Assembly (NCBI GenBank): GCA_964016885.1
Contig: OZ024744.1
Coordinates: 81,282,001-81,346,000 of the forward strand
Direction of reading: 5' to 3'
Origin: Eledone cirrhosa
Taxonomy: Eukaryota
DNA: 64,000 bases
A model generated the notes under the pieces. It did not search any database. It was not told the DNA's origin and saw nothing but the letters and a program-made list of their open reading frames with translations. Made by a program: the position numbers and the translations under genes. Below, piece after piece: positions 26,591 to 39,889 of this stretch. Within the stretch, counting starts at the first letter, position 1, and every line of letters begins with the position of its first letter.

Positions 26591-26639
26591 GATTCTACAG
26601 GACTAGAACTGTTTCATTTTTTCGAAATCATCAGGAATC
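26591..26639 (-). ncRNA. Type I hammerhead ribozyme motif (intact core)
   Basis: Minus strand GATTC-CTGATGA-tttcgaaaaaat-GAAAC-AG-ttctagtc-CT-GTA/GAATC: stem I 5 bp, stem III ACAG/CTGT, GUA cleavage triplet. Stem II is weak. Confidence 0.7.
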
Positions 26640-26640
26640 A

Positions 26641-26693
26641 GAGATTCTTGATGATTTCTAAAGAATGAAACAGTTCTAGTCCTGTAGAATCTC
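26641..26693 (+). ncRNA. Type I hammerhead ribozyme motif (C3U variant)
   Basis: GAGATTC-TTGATGA-tTTCTaaAGAAt-GAAAC-AG-ttctagtc-CT-GTA/GAATCTC: 7-bp stem I; first core base is T rather than C. Confidence 0.6.
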
Positions 26694-28576
26694 ATCTATA
26701 CTAAAACTTTTATACTCTGCAATGTATTGAGTACCTTACTTACTGTGGTTACCTCCGATTCAACCCGGAGTAACGTATATATATATATAGATACATACAT
26801 ATATATATATAAATACTGCCGGCACTAGTATCGAGCACCTTTGGCATACGCTACTTGGCAAATAACTATATGTATCACCTATCCCCCCCTTTTTTTCTCT
26901 TTCTCAATACGTAAACACTATATATATAAATACATATATAAATACATAAATATAGATACATACATATATATAGATACATACATATATAGTTATTTGCAGT
27001 TCCCAGAGTGCGCCTGAAAATGCTAGCAACCCTGTGTGCCCAAACTGGATTTTCAATAACAACTTTGCTAGGTGTGTTTTTGGTAGATCAATTTTTTGTG
27101 TGGAACTATCAATAGCTGTTTAAGTCATAAGTCCTTCTGCCATCCAGCTTTCTTCATTCACAGTGAATAAGCCGGGGAAGTTTGAGCTTGAAGAGTATCA
27201 AACTTATGTATAAGAATAACAAGCTTACTGCCTTAACGCTCAAGAACAAACACAGAACAATTGAGAAAGCCATCGCAATTATTGAAGAAATTACAACCGA
27301 GTGAACAGATTCAGGTACTGTTCAAGCATCACTGTTTGTAAAGCCCTTCAAATAAGTTGGATAAACAATCAGAAGTGTTGGCTCTAAAGAAGGCCTTGTA
27401 ACATTCACTGTTGCAAAGTGTCAATAACGGGGGAGAAGTTATATCTCTTAATTTGTGTTAATCTTCCCATGATCCGACACCTCGAAATATCGACAAAATA
27501 AACTCTACGCTCAAGGACGGCATGTTACAATTAACATGCCGGGAATACGAATATTCGTCAACATACGATTTGGGTTTTATTCTTTGGACTAATCTCATGG
27601 TAAGCCAACTTCCAGATCATTGATCATCACACTTTTTTGTAACTTATAACTGATTCCTGCAGTTGACCTTAATGTGACCTAAGCATGTATCTATATCAGA
27701 ATGTATATCAGTGGATGTGATTATATATATATACATATATACACATATATACACACAGAGACATCTGTTCAATTGTCAAACAAAATTAAATTGTCATCTG
27801 CTTTGTTTGAAATTTCTTTATGTATATTTCTAATAAGTTGTTGCCTAGTTTTGGAGGACCGAATTGTGGGAGGAGGAAGGGGCATAGTGGGAGGGGGGGG
27901 GGGGGTTTAACATACAGTAGTAGTATCTCCTCTTCCCCCTCTCTCACTGAAATGTCTTCTCTTTCCTCCTCCATTGCAAAGATATCCCCAGGGGTTCCAT
28001 TATTGATTTTTACTGAAATCCAATTAGCCTGTCATGTTTCTGAATATTAGTTTAACATGTGTCAAGTTTCATCAGGATCACATCATTGGTGTAGGCGCCA
28101 ACTGGTTATACACAGATTACACATACACAGACAGACAGAAATTGCTATTTATATAGTAGGTTGTACTTTCGCAGAAAAGGCTTTATCTTACATAATTGTT
28201 TCACATAATATTGAATCTATGAAATTTTGATGTTATTTATTTTGAGAACAATACCTTAACATCAGTATGAGGGGCTGGTTACAGCCAGTTTGAACAGTAA
28301 GAGGTGAGAGGATTCTGGTCAGATTCAGCCAGTTTAAATAATGCTGCTGCTGAGGATATGGGTGAACCAGAATCATATCAGAGGACAACATGCTTTGCAA
28401 CATTTCTTATAGCTCTTTACATAGAGTTTGAAACCCATCAAGGTCAATCTTGCTTTTTTTTAAATCATTGTGGGCTTGATAAAATAAGGTACCATTCAAG
28501 CTCCAGCATCAATGAAATCAATTTATCCCACTCCCAAAAATTGCTCACGTGCCTAAATTATAAACCATTATTATTG

Positions 28577-28725
28577 ACGCATAGAGTTACGGCCCTTGCC
28601 ATTCTGAGTTCAAATCCCGCCGAGGTTAGCTTTGCCTTTCATCCTTACGGGGTCGATAAAATAAAGTACCAGTAATGTACTGGGTAATTGCTGGCCTTGT
28701 GCCAAAAGTAGAAACAATTATTATT
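28577..28725 (+). mobile_element. 5'-truncated young family-2 SINE inserted at the tail of an older SINE
   Basis: GAGTTCAAATCC..ctttgcctttcatccttacggggtcgataaaataaagtacc..gtagaaacaattattatt. Confidence 0.85.
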
Positions 28726-29068
28726 TATCTTAGTTTATTATTTTATTTTATTAGATTTTTTTTTTTATCTTCTCACAGCTTATTTAAATATTCAGGATTT
28801 TTATTTATTCATTTATTTATCTATATACATGCCTTAAGTACACCTGTGTATGCAAACACATTGTCTGCATGCGACTATGTAGATTCACATGTCAATTTCT
28901 ATAACATTCTTCCCCACTTTGTCTCTGAGGCATACTTTTTTCTGTATCCCTTTATCTCTCTCAAATAACTATTTCTCTGTCGCATTCATTCTTTCTGTCT
29001 GAAATTAACAGTGTATGTGTATGCATGTATGTGTGGAAGTACGTGTGTATGGGTATGTGGGTTTATAT

Positions 29069-29197
<129 letters not shown>

Positions 29198-30574
29198 CGT
29201 GCGTGCGCGCGTGTGCGCAAATGCACTTATATATATATATATATATATATACATATTTATGTTTGGGTGTGTGCTTCTGAATATGTCTTTACATTGACAA
29301 GGCTTAAAGAACCAGTGATGTTTGTATATCTGGCATGAATAATAAGTCCTACAGCTTCATTTCATCCAGCCTGCAGGGTTAACAAATGATAAAATTCAGT
29401 ATCAAAATAATTTCTCATTTTTGCAGAAGCCTTAAACGAATCTGTTTTATATTGATATGAAAAAGTAAGAAAAAGAAAATGAGATTCCTATATTTTGGTA
29501 AAATGAAAGACTGCCCAAGTGCAAGGTTTTAAATAGTAAATGTTTTCACTTTCCTAAATGAATAAAGCAAAAATACGCTTTTTTTCTATGCTCAATGCTT
29601 ACAATGCTTCAAGTTCTATTTTCACAGCATGGCACCTCAGGCAAGTGTCTTCTAGTATAGCTTCAGCTTGCCAATGTTTTGTAAGTGAATTTGGTAGACA
29701 AAAACTGTAAAAAAAACTGCCGCGTTTGCGTGCGTGTGCTTATCTCTGTACTTTGATATCAACAAGTGGTAATTTGGTTATGTTCTGTATAAACAACACA
29801 TCCTGCAGCTAACTTGTTGGATGAAGATACAGAATATATACCACATTTAAAAAAAAAAAAGAAAAAAGAAATGGTTCGGCATCAAGCAAGCCATTTGAGG
29901 ATAGAAAAACTTCTTTAAAAAAAGTTTCATTCTAACCCATGCAAGTATAGAAAAAGTGCAGTTACAAACTATTACAATGAGTAACTCTTTAGCATTTAAA
30001 CTGGCTGTATCCGACCAGAATTCTTTCACCTTTTCCTGTTCAAACCAGCTGTTCATACTTATGTTAAAGTATTGTTCTCAAAATAAATAATATCAAAATC
30101 TCCTAGATTCGATATTATGTGAGATAAGTATATACTGTGAAAATACAATAGTAAATGTAATGAAAATGCTAAAGGGTTAAAGTAAATAAAATACAAGGTA
30201 TATTTTTTTAAAATTTACATTGGCCTGCAAAACATTCCTAATCTAGTTCGCTTGCAAAAAAGGTTTGCTGACCCCTGCTTAGTCATGAAAGAATCACAAG
30301 TTTCACTTTCTTTTTGCACAGCATGCATTATTTTACACAAATTAGTCAACAGTGGCTTATCCTATGTTAAAGTTTTTTTTTCTTTTTTATAGTGAATGTA
30401 TCAAGGTAAAATTATAGCAGTTGTACCTAACTATACTCTAATTATTTCACAACATAATATTTCCTCATTTCCTCTTTAAACTTATATATACAAGCATTAA
30501 CTTAAATCCTTCTTCCTGTCTGCTCAACTTTGTTAATAGTAATTTTCATTCATGGGATATACATAATATATTAT

Positions 30575-31197
30575 CACCATCATCGTTTAACGTCTATCTT
30601 TCACGCTAGCATGGGTTTAGACAGGTATTGTTTCACTTGAGGCAAGATGGGTTGTCTTGCTCGTGTAGGACTGTCTGGCAGGTTTTCTACGGCTGGATGC
30701 CCTTCCTAACAAGAACCACGTTTACAGTGTGGACTGGGAGGTTTTTACCGCGTTACCTACACGGCCACATTACAGTGTGGACTGTGTTTTTTTGTCGTGA
30801 CACCTACATGACCTCATTAGTTTGGACTGGATGTTGTGGTACCAACAACTTTACAGAGAAAGGGGTGGTGTAGATGGGGTGGGGGTAGGGGTTGGGACGG
30901 TTGTGTATTTTAGTTAAGAGGTGCCTACTGATGGTAGGTTTCGCTTTGTACTTAGGCAAGGCGGGTCTTCTGTATTACTGCGTAGCGCCAAAGATCTCGG
31001 TCCAGTGACATTGTCTTGGAGAGGTGTAAGTGTGTGAGGTCGGAATTTATCAAGTCGTCCTAGGTTTTTCTGGGTCTGCCTACTCCGTAGCTACCGTCTA
31101 TTTTGATCGCCCTGCACTTTTTTATACAGCTGTCGTCTTTCATGCGCATCACGTGACCATACCTATGTAGTCTTCTCTCGAGTAAACAGCATCTGAC
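30575..31197 (-). mobile_element. RTE 3' fragment
   Basis: Highly similar to 4173-4800 (ORF end plus 3' UTR). Confidence 0.9.
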
Positions 31198-31206
31198 CCC
31201 CCCCCC

Positions 31207-31249
<43 letters not shown>

Positions 31250-31252
<3 letters not shown>

Positions 31253-31491
31253 TGGCAAAGGGTAACCTGGAAAGCAGGGCATGCAGTCCAATCACTATGG
31301 CGGAAAGTGGGGCTGTGCAGCCCCTCTCCCCCAATTCCCTCTAAATGATCCTCCCGGTCAAATCAGCATGTAGTGTTATCTAGTGTTATCTTATGTGTCT
31401 ACGATTTAGTAAGCAGCCAAAATTCTGCTTGCTTCAATCGACGCAATTGATCAACTGAAGATTCTATAACGCATGCACACACCCTTCGCCC

Positions 31492-31494
<3 letters not shown>
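31250..31494. mobile_element. Small TIR element (MITE) within a (TA)n tract
   Basis: Ends CAGTGGCAAAGGGT and ACCCTTCGCCCCTG form a 14-bp TIR with 2 mismatches. Confidence 0.5.
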
Positions 31495-31535
<41 letters not shown>

Positions 31536-32124
31536 CATTCTATTATAACGAAATTCATGGGGTATAAAAAAAAATTTGTACCAAATCGAGCGTTTTGTTA
31601 TTACCTCCAGGATTGAAAAAAATTTTGTTATACTGAAAATTTGTTATAATGGTATTCATTATATAACAGAATGTGTGTGTGTATAATATTAAACTTAAAA
31701 CCAAAATCTCATTTTGGGGCAATAAAAGCCAAATTGGCTAAAAAAAAAGTAAGTTTTAACTTTAACTGGATCTAAAACAAGGTTATTGTGAAGTGAGCTT
31801 CTTTACACAGCCATGCGTGAATCTATAACACAATCCTAAACACTCTCTCTAAAAAGATAAGATGTTAACAGCTGGAATGCCCTTTATTATAAGGTCTGCT
31901 CAGCCAGGGTTGACCTTAATTTAAATACTAACAGCTTCTCACTAGGCAAATTCATCTCATTTTAAATAGCTGTTAAACATTAATTACTACACTAGGAACA
32001 CACTATGTTGTGTAGTCAATCATCTCTCGTGAGTCCCTACAAATTTAGATAACTACAAACCAACCTAGTCCACCATGTTTGTTACTAGTGTCGAATCCAA
32101 CATAAGCTTTTAACCATACGTATA

Positions 32125-32294
32125 CAAGGGTTGCCTGAAAACTTCATAGGCTGAAATCTTGCATGCATTAATTTCAACTCTTCTTATTAATAACTGAATT
32201 GTTTCTTTCCAGGGAATATTTTGAAGAGTAAACCTCATTTGGTCATTTCATGAGAACATCTTGGTTAGTCTATGAACTTTTCAGCCAACCCACA
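32125..32294. mobile_element. Mariner-type MITE
   Basis: TA|CAAGGGTTGCCTGAAAACTTCATAGGCT ... AGTCTATGAACTTTTCAGCCAACCCACA|TA, with ~28-bp imperfect TIRs. Confidence 0.7.
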
Positions 32295-32391
32295 TATATA
32301 CATATACACACATATACATGCATATATATACATACATATACATGCATATATACATATATATGCATATATATACATACATATACATGCATAT

Positions 32392-32697
32392 CATCATCAT
32401 CATCATCTTTTTACGTCCGCTTTTCCCTGCTTGCAAGGGTGGTATGGGTCCTATTCATCACAAGATCCCTCTACTTGACATGGTCCTTCGTCATCTCTAC
32501 TGTGAGTTTCAGCAATCTGAGGTCTGCTCTCACCATCTCCGCCCATGTTTCTCGTGGTCTTCCTCTACTGCGTCTTCCTTCTACTGGGATTTCTTTACCC
32601 AAAGGTCATCCTCCATGCGTATCACATGTCCATACCATCTCAGTCTTCTCTCCTGCACACCATAACTTATCCCTCTTATACTAAGATTCTTTCTCAA
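32392..32697 (-). mobile_element. 3' fragment of a third RTE family (short UTR ending ..cttgcaagcagggaaaagcggacgtaaaa(gat)n)
   Basis: Minus strand encodes RLRWYGHVIRMEDD..EGRRSRGRPRETWAEMVRADLR. Related tails near 49850-49955, 50060-50365, 58490-58760 and 59035-59085. Confidence 0.75.
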
Positions 32698-32734
32698 CAC
32701 ACACACACACACACATAAGCTCACTCTCTGTAAA

Positions 32735-35185
32735 TGACACCGCTTCAAAAGAACAGGTTGAGAGCTACTGGAGATCTATATGGGAAACGGATGACGGATT
32801 CAACAGACAAACTAATTGGCTAAAAGAACTGGAACAGGACTACTGCCAACATGTCCAGACAAAACAATATGACATAGATAGGTCAATACTGGAAACAGCT
32901 CTACAGAAAATGTCGAATAGGAAATCACCAGGCCCAGACCTCATTACAGGATACTGGTTGAAGAATTTCACTTTCTATCGGCAAGATCTCATACGGCTGT
33001 TTACAGAAACCATTACAGGCACACAAGAACTGTCCAGATGGTTATCAACTGCCACTACTCTCCTCATTCCCCAAAATAGCCAAACCACCCTTGCTAAAAA
33101 TTAATGCCCAATAGCCTGCCAAAAAAATCATGTATAAATTATATACTGGGTGCCTTAACCTGTTCTTACAGGATCACTGTGCTACCAACAACATCATAAC
33201 ACCTGAGCAAGCTGGTGGAAAGAGGGAGGTGTGGGGTTGCATAGATCACCTACTAACTAATAAAATGATTCAAGAAAAAACAACAAGGAATCGCAGAAAC
33301 ATGACTGTGGTGTGGCTGGACTATCAAAAAGCATTTGATAGTGTACCTCATGGGTGGATTGTTAAGGCTTTACAGTTAGCCAAATTCCCACAACCACTGG
33401 TAGCTGCTGTTGAACGTCTAACCAAGAACTGGTACACCAATTTGATCCTTAGAGGTGAGAAGGAGCAAGTTAAGACCAATAAGATACATTACCAGAAGGG
33501 CATCTTTCAGGGTGATAGCTCACTAAATCCACTATCTTACCTACTCAGGAAACAAGGTGGACAACGAAGTGGGTCCAGAAGTATCTCCCATCTTTTCTTT
33601 GTTGAGGACCTGAAGTTGTATAGGCCAAATATCAATGACATCAAGAAATAATTGGACCTCATTACACAATTTTCAACAGACATCAAAATGAAATTTGGTG
33701 AGTCCAAGTGTGCATATTTGGCAGTAAAACGTGGAAGAGCTGTGCCCTCCTCTAGAAATCTAGAGATGAACGGCCTGACAATACAACCTCTACAGTCAGG
33801 TAACAACTACAGATATCTTGGACAGGATGAGAATGTCAGATATGATGGACCCATAAATAAGGAGAGAACCAGAACTGAATACCTCAGAAGAGTAAAGAAA
33901 ATATGGTCATCAGAACTGTCAGCATACAACAAATACATTGCCCACAATACTTATGCTGTGACAATTCTATACTTATGCTGTGCCAATTCTAACGCCAACA
34001 TTTGGCCTGCTGAACTGGTCATCGCAAGAACTAAGTGAGATGGATGTTAGAACTCGCAAACTTCTCAGTGTTACTGGGAACTTTAACATCAATGATCATG
34101 TGGATAGGGTATACTTCTCACGCAAGGAAAGTGGCCGGAGTCTAAAATCCATATTAACATCATATGAGACCCGGATAGTAACACTGAAGCAACATCTTCA
34201 ACAGAGGAAAAAGGTTGGCAACCATCTTGCCCAGGTTTATGAGCATGAAAAAAAAAATATCATTAGAATAACCACTGATCTGGAGAAGAGATATGGAATA
34301 AAGCCTGATATAAATCTCTCACCCAGAGAAATCGGAAGATCCTATTCAATGTTCAAACAAGATGAAAAAATTTACCAATTTACAGAAAAAGTTGTGCATA
34401 GATACTTGAGACGTAAAATACAGACCATTGAGGGAATAAACCACTCAAAAAGCATGGAGTTCCAACAAGTTTATGACATCACACCTTGAGGGATATCTCT
34501 ATGCAATACAGGAACAAGAACTCCTACAAAATATCTGCTGCACAAAAGGGGAAGGCCATCAGCTGACAATAAATGTAGGCTATGTAAAACAAAGATCGAG
34601 GATGTAACTACCTCCTCATGAGACACGATGGTATAGCTAGAACCATCTGGAACACACTTCGGAAAACAAAATTAAAAACAAACGAGGAAGAATATATTGA
34701 GACAGATGGCACTAAGGAATACTGATGGAGCCTGAAAATAAAAACTGCCACCAAATTAAAGCACAACCAGCCTGATATTGTTGTTTGGGACCACACATTG
34801 AAAACGTGTTATGTTGTGGAGATCAGCTGCCCACTTGATGTAAACGTTGTCAGAAAAATACAGGAGAAGGAGGACATCTGCGGACCATTGATGAGGAGTT
34901 TACAAATCCAGTATCCAAGATACACCTTTAGTTTCATACCCATCATTATTGGATCTACAGGTTATATACCAACCCGCTTGGACCAAAGTATGACTGAACT
35001 TGGATTTGCGGGCAAAGAGCGCAGCTCCCTAATTCATAGTCTATAAATGGCTGCGATAGCTGGCACCTTCAAAATTTGCAAAACATTCTTGCGATTCAAG
35101 GGATGACAATTTCTTTTCTTTTACAACCTTGCCACCAGGAAGGTGGCCGGTCAAAAAAATATACTCGAAATCAAGAGATGAGATA
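32735..35185 (+). mobile_element. 5'-truncated R4/Dong-like non-LTR retrotransposon (RT plus restriction-like endonuclease), pseudogenised
   Basis: KSPGPDLITGYWLK; EQAGGK; WLDYQKAFDSVPH; GIFQGDS; HLFFVEDLKLY; YRYLG; CRLCK (partly deleted zinc knuckle); RHD; PDIVVWD..VVEISCP..K..K; IPIIIGSTG. Stops and frameshifts present. (CA)n on both flanks. Confidence 0.9.
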
Positions 35186-35199
35186 ACACACACACACTA

Positions 35200-35346
35200 A
35201 GCAAGTGTGTTGTTTTTGAAGACGGCGAGTGGAGTTTGAAATTGAGTTAGAAATAGAAGCTTTCGCCGAGTTTGGACTAAAGAAAATTAGCCTGATCGTG
35301 GGGTTTAAAACCCTCTAAATGGAAAAGGATGAGTATTAACATACAT
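35200..35346. repeat. Half copy of the palindromic element at 56950-57198
   Basis: tagaaatagaagctttcgc..gggtttaaaaccctctaaa..ggaaaagga.gagtatt.acatacat matches the left arm of 56991-57095. Confidence 0.75.
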
Positions 35347-35374
35347 CCTTTGCACACGGACATAAACTTACACT

Positions 35375-35752
35375 CAGTAGGCACCTCTTAATCCAATATA
35401 CACCCCCCACACCTCCTCCCACTTCCACCCACACCACCCTTATACTGTAAAGTTATGTTGGTAACACAAAACATCCAGCCCACACTGTAAAGTGGTTGTG
35501 TAGGTGTCACGTCAAAAAGCACCCAGTCCACACTGTAAATGGTTGTGTAGGAGACATGACAAAAAGCACCCAGCATACACTGTAAATGTGGTTGGCGTTA
35601 AGAAGGTCATCCAGCCGTAGAAAACCAGCCAGAAACAGTCCTATACGAGCGAAACATGGTCACCCGACCCAACTTGCCTCAAATGAGTCAAACCCATCTA
35701 ACCTATGCTAGCATGGAAGATAGATGTTAAGCAATGATGATGATGATGATGA
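35375..35752 (+). mobile_element. RTE 3' UTR fragment with three internal ~50-bp repeats
   Basis: cacactgtaaa.tggttg repeated at ~35481, 35530 and 35578; (GAT)n tail. Confidence 0.75.
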
Positions 35753-38184
35753 TATATATATATATACTGCTTTGCTCCTAAAGAGTTAACGGTAGTGTAT
35801 GCTAGATTGAACAGCATTCTCAAAAGATGAAATTAAAATATGGCATGTCCAAGATGTAAGACCTATGGGTTATTGCTATTTTATTGGATACATTTATCTA
35901 AAGTGAGAATAACTCCTAAGCTTCTTGAAGCATTTGACTGTTTTGATACCAGCCCATCTGGGATTATCTTTAATTATAAGAGACAAAACTGCTCGTTTTA
36001 AAATGGGTAATAAACCCAAACCCCGTTTATTAGCTGGTATTGTTTTCAAATTCTCATGAGTGGGGAATATATTTATGAAGTTTTAATATTCTGATGTTTA
36101 AAATGTTTTAAGTGTTGTTTAGAGTTTTTGTTTTACAACTATATTACATAATGATTTTTTACCATATCATCCATTTTATAAAGTTTTAACGGGTTTCTTT
36201 AATTTTTGTTTACTCCCAACCACTCACATGCTGGGAGTAGTTGGAAGCAATAGATTGAATAAGAAAAGATCGTACAGGGATTCACAGAGTAGAAGAGGGT
36301 GGGAGAGACAGCAAGCGAGAGAGAAAAAAAGGGCAGGTAAAAACGCGAGCAATAAAATACAAGTCAGGAGATTTTAATCTTAAATAAGATTTAAAGAAAA
36401 AAGAAAAAAAAATCAGCACTCAAACTGGGTGCAGAGTCTCTCCCTCCTTCCCATCATTGCTTAATTCTTTTTTCTTTCCCTTTTTTGTTTTGTTTACATA
36501 CAATAATATATACAATTAAAAAGTATTTAAAGAGAAAAAAAAAATTAAGTCAGGGAAAAATAGTTGGCTCACATGTATGTGTGAATGCATGGGTTAGGGT
36601 GTGTGTATGGGATATTTATGTAGTAAAAATTTCAAATGATAAAATTTGTTGGAAATATTTTCAAGGGCATGCATAAATAACACTCATAACGATGTAGTAA
36701 ATGTAGAAAAATAGTGTTTCATTGTAAAATATTCACTCCAGATATTTTAGCATCATATTTCCGTAGAATTTGAAGTTGGTGAAAATCATCAAATGTAATC
36801 CGACACCCATTTTACCATCAATTTTTTTAATTTTTATTTTTTTGTCACAAGAGAAGGAGTCAAGTGGTGCTATTAAGTTAGATAAGGCTGAAAGTTATCA
36901 AAGTTATATATGATACTTATTCAAATTTAAACATGCTCTCAAAACATACCACCTGAAAGTACCCCCCATCTCTACTATACAAAATGTGTATTAGATAGAT
37001 ACATATTTAAAAACCTTCCTCCATGTAAGAACCTTTATGTTAAGTTATGCTTCAAACACCAACTTAATAATGAGAAAGTTAGTTATATTACTAAATCCCA
37101 CCAAATTTTTGATTATTTTTCAAAATTATTTGAAACACATGGACAATGTATTTCACTAGGAATATGGTCGCAAAAGGGTTTGTATTATTTTTATGTCATA
37201 AAGCAGATGGAAGATAAATTTCCCTCTGGGTAAGGACACCAGTCTAGATCAGACAACATATCTAGATAATTTAATACATATTACTGACAGGTATACACAA
37301 GTAGAATTGAACTCAATAGCATGGCCACTTAATCATTTCATGCCAAAGGCCTGTTAGAACAGATCTAATTGGAACTACTTAACAACAACTAATTTATGAT
37401 ATATCAAACACATGTTACATTCAATAGGAATATATATTTTTCAAGGAGAATGTATGCTTTGTTTTAGAACTGTACTTGTTTGACAAGTGATCTGATCCAA
37501 CATCATTTCTTGAAACTAAAAACATACAGTTACAAAGTGGAAGAATAATGAGAGCCATTTAAAATACATATGCATTATATTCACTTTTTCTTTTACATTA
37601 GTTTTATGTTGTATCCCTGACCAGATTGTAGATGTACATTTGATACTTTATATTAAATAATACCAAGGCAGCAAATTGGCAGAGTCACTGGAATGACATC
37701 ACAGAGTTCAGAGATGCAGAAAGAATGCTGTAATGCATTTTATCTGAATTCAAAACCTACTGACGTCAACTTTGCTTTTCATTCTTTAGAGGTTGATAAA
37801 AAAAAAGTACCAGTCCAGTACTGGAGTCAATTCTTACTCTATATCTCTTACTTCCTCTCTCTCAATCACTCTCTATCTTTGGAACTGGAGGAGGGATGGG
37901 CACCACCAAGTTAAAATGCTAAAGACTCCCATCAGGAGTTACAAGGTTCATACATTATATAGTACCATGTTTGATGGTGCCATAATAAAATGCACTCAGT
38001 ACTCTCTGCAAAGGGGTTGACATTAAGAAGGGCATCTACCAGTAGAAAATATGTCAAAAAGGTATGGAGAACTTTTCAGTTGCATCAAGAACAAGTCAAC
38101 CTCCATAGTGCTGGTACCATGATAAAATACACCTGGTATATTCTGTCCACTAGTAAAGATACTACAAACATTTGAGTCAACAAT

Positions 38185-38697
38185 CATCATTGTCGTTTAA
38201 CGTCTATTTTTCACCCATTAGAGGCAAGTTGGGTCAGGTGACCGTGTCTTACTCATATAGAATTGTTTCTGACTAGGTTTCTACAGCTGGATGCCCTTCC
38301 TAACGCCAACCACATTTACAGTGTAGGCTGGATATTTCTTGTTCACAGTGTAAAGGTGGTGTGGTCATGAGTGGGTAGGTGGGAGTATAGTGGTTAAGAG
38401 GTACCTACGAGATGTATGTTTGGGAAAGCATATCTTCTGTATTACTGCATAACGTCAAAGATCTCGATCCTGTGACATTGTCTTTGAGCGGTTCAATTGC
38501 GCATGGTCAGCTTTTATCATCTTGTCCCAGGTCTTCCTACACCATAGCTTTCATAAATTTTGATTGCCCTGCACCTTTTTATACATCTGTCATCCTTCAT
38601 TAGCATCACATGACCATACCAATGCAATCTCCTCTCTAGCATACTGCATCTGATCCCTCTTATACCTAATTTCTCTATCAGTTCATTTACGCTTTGC
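38185..38697 (-). mobile_element. Older RTE 3' fragment
   Basis: Collinear with 4173-4845. Confidence 0.75.
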
Positions 38698-39889
38698 TAT
38701 GTTTTCAGATATTTTTTTTAAAATCATTAAAAGATATTAAAAATCAAATGGCTATTATGAATCCATTTTGGCTATCATGATGTAATTGTTACACATACTT
38801 ATTCTCTCATCAAATAGCTTATGAATGGGTTCACCCCAATGAAAATAAACAAACTCTTGAAATTAACATAACCATATATTTAACACAGAATACTCAAATT
38901 TATACAACATAAGTATGAACAGGGCTGTGTAGTTTAGGAGTTTGTTTCACAACCATGTGGTTTTGGGTTTAGTCATACTGAATAGCACCTTAGGCATCTG
39001 TCTTCTAGTATAAGCCTAGGGTTGACTAATGCCATGTGACTGAAGTTTGGTAAACAAAAATTGAGAGAGAGAGAGAGTGTGTGTGTGTGTGTGTGTGTGT
39101 GAGTGTGTGTCTGTGTGAGGGCGTGTGTGTGTGTGCGTGCACATGTATGTGTGTATATATATATATATATGCATATATATTATCATCCCCATAGAACCGC
39201 TATTTTCCATGCTTGCATGGGTTAGATAGGTTGTCATGTTATGAGGCTAATAAGGTCAGGTGACCATGTCGTGCTCATACAGATCTGTTTTTTGGCTTGG
39301 TTTTTACAGCTATATGCTCTTCTTAATGTCAGTTTATGGTGTCAAAGAAAATAGGGAACTCTTCACAAATCAGTGTGTGTGTGTGTGTAGGGGTTTGGCA
39401 AAAAGAAATTGATTAAAATAAGCGCCAGTCTAATGAATGAAAACAGTAAAATATCAACGGAATAGTGATCATTTTCTTATACAAGGTTTCGTCTTCAAAC
39501 CTCAACTTCATTTTTGTCATTATCTCTGACTTCGTTGTCGTCAACTTAATTTTGGCATTATAGTAGGATGGGACAATTTTTCTTTTAAATATAAAGAGTG
39601 AAGTATTGACATCAGTGATAACTTGTCGCAGAATTGTAAAAGAATTAAAGTATTTTAAAGTTTTGCAAAAGATAAGTTTTGTATAATGAAATTGCTGCAC
39701 CCTACATTACCCGACAAAGACAAAAACAAATGACATCAATTTAACCTTTTATTCATTATTCACATTTCTTAACCCTTTAGCATTTAAACTGGCTGTATCT
39801 GGCCAGAATTCTTTCCCCTCTTTCTGCTCAAACCAGCTGTATATGGCCACTCATACTGATGTTAAAGTATTGTTCTCAAAATAAATAAT

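Larger units (their letters stand above)
26582..26775. mobile_element. Penelope-like pLTR fragment with an inverted duplication
   Basis: 58-bp arms at 26582-26639 and 26643-26700, each containing a hammerhead motif, followed by 'tactctgcaatgtattgagtacc...' and (TA)n. Confidence 0.7.

Noticed and set aside
26995-27680. Complex, coding-like sequence between microsatellites
   Set aside because: Stops in all frames examined and no motif recognised; probably a decayed transposon interior.
35250-35300. CGAAAGCTTC on the minus strand (and at ~57179 on plus) as a minimal hammerhead 3' half
   Set aside because: No upstream CTGANGA core or stem I partner.
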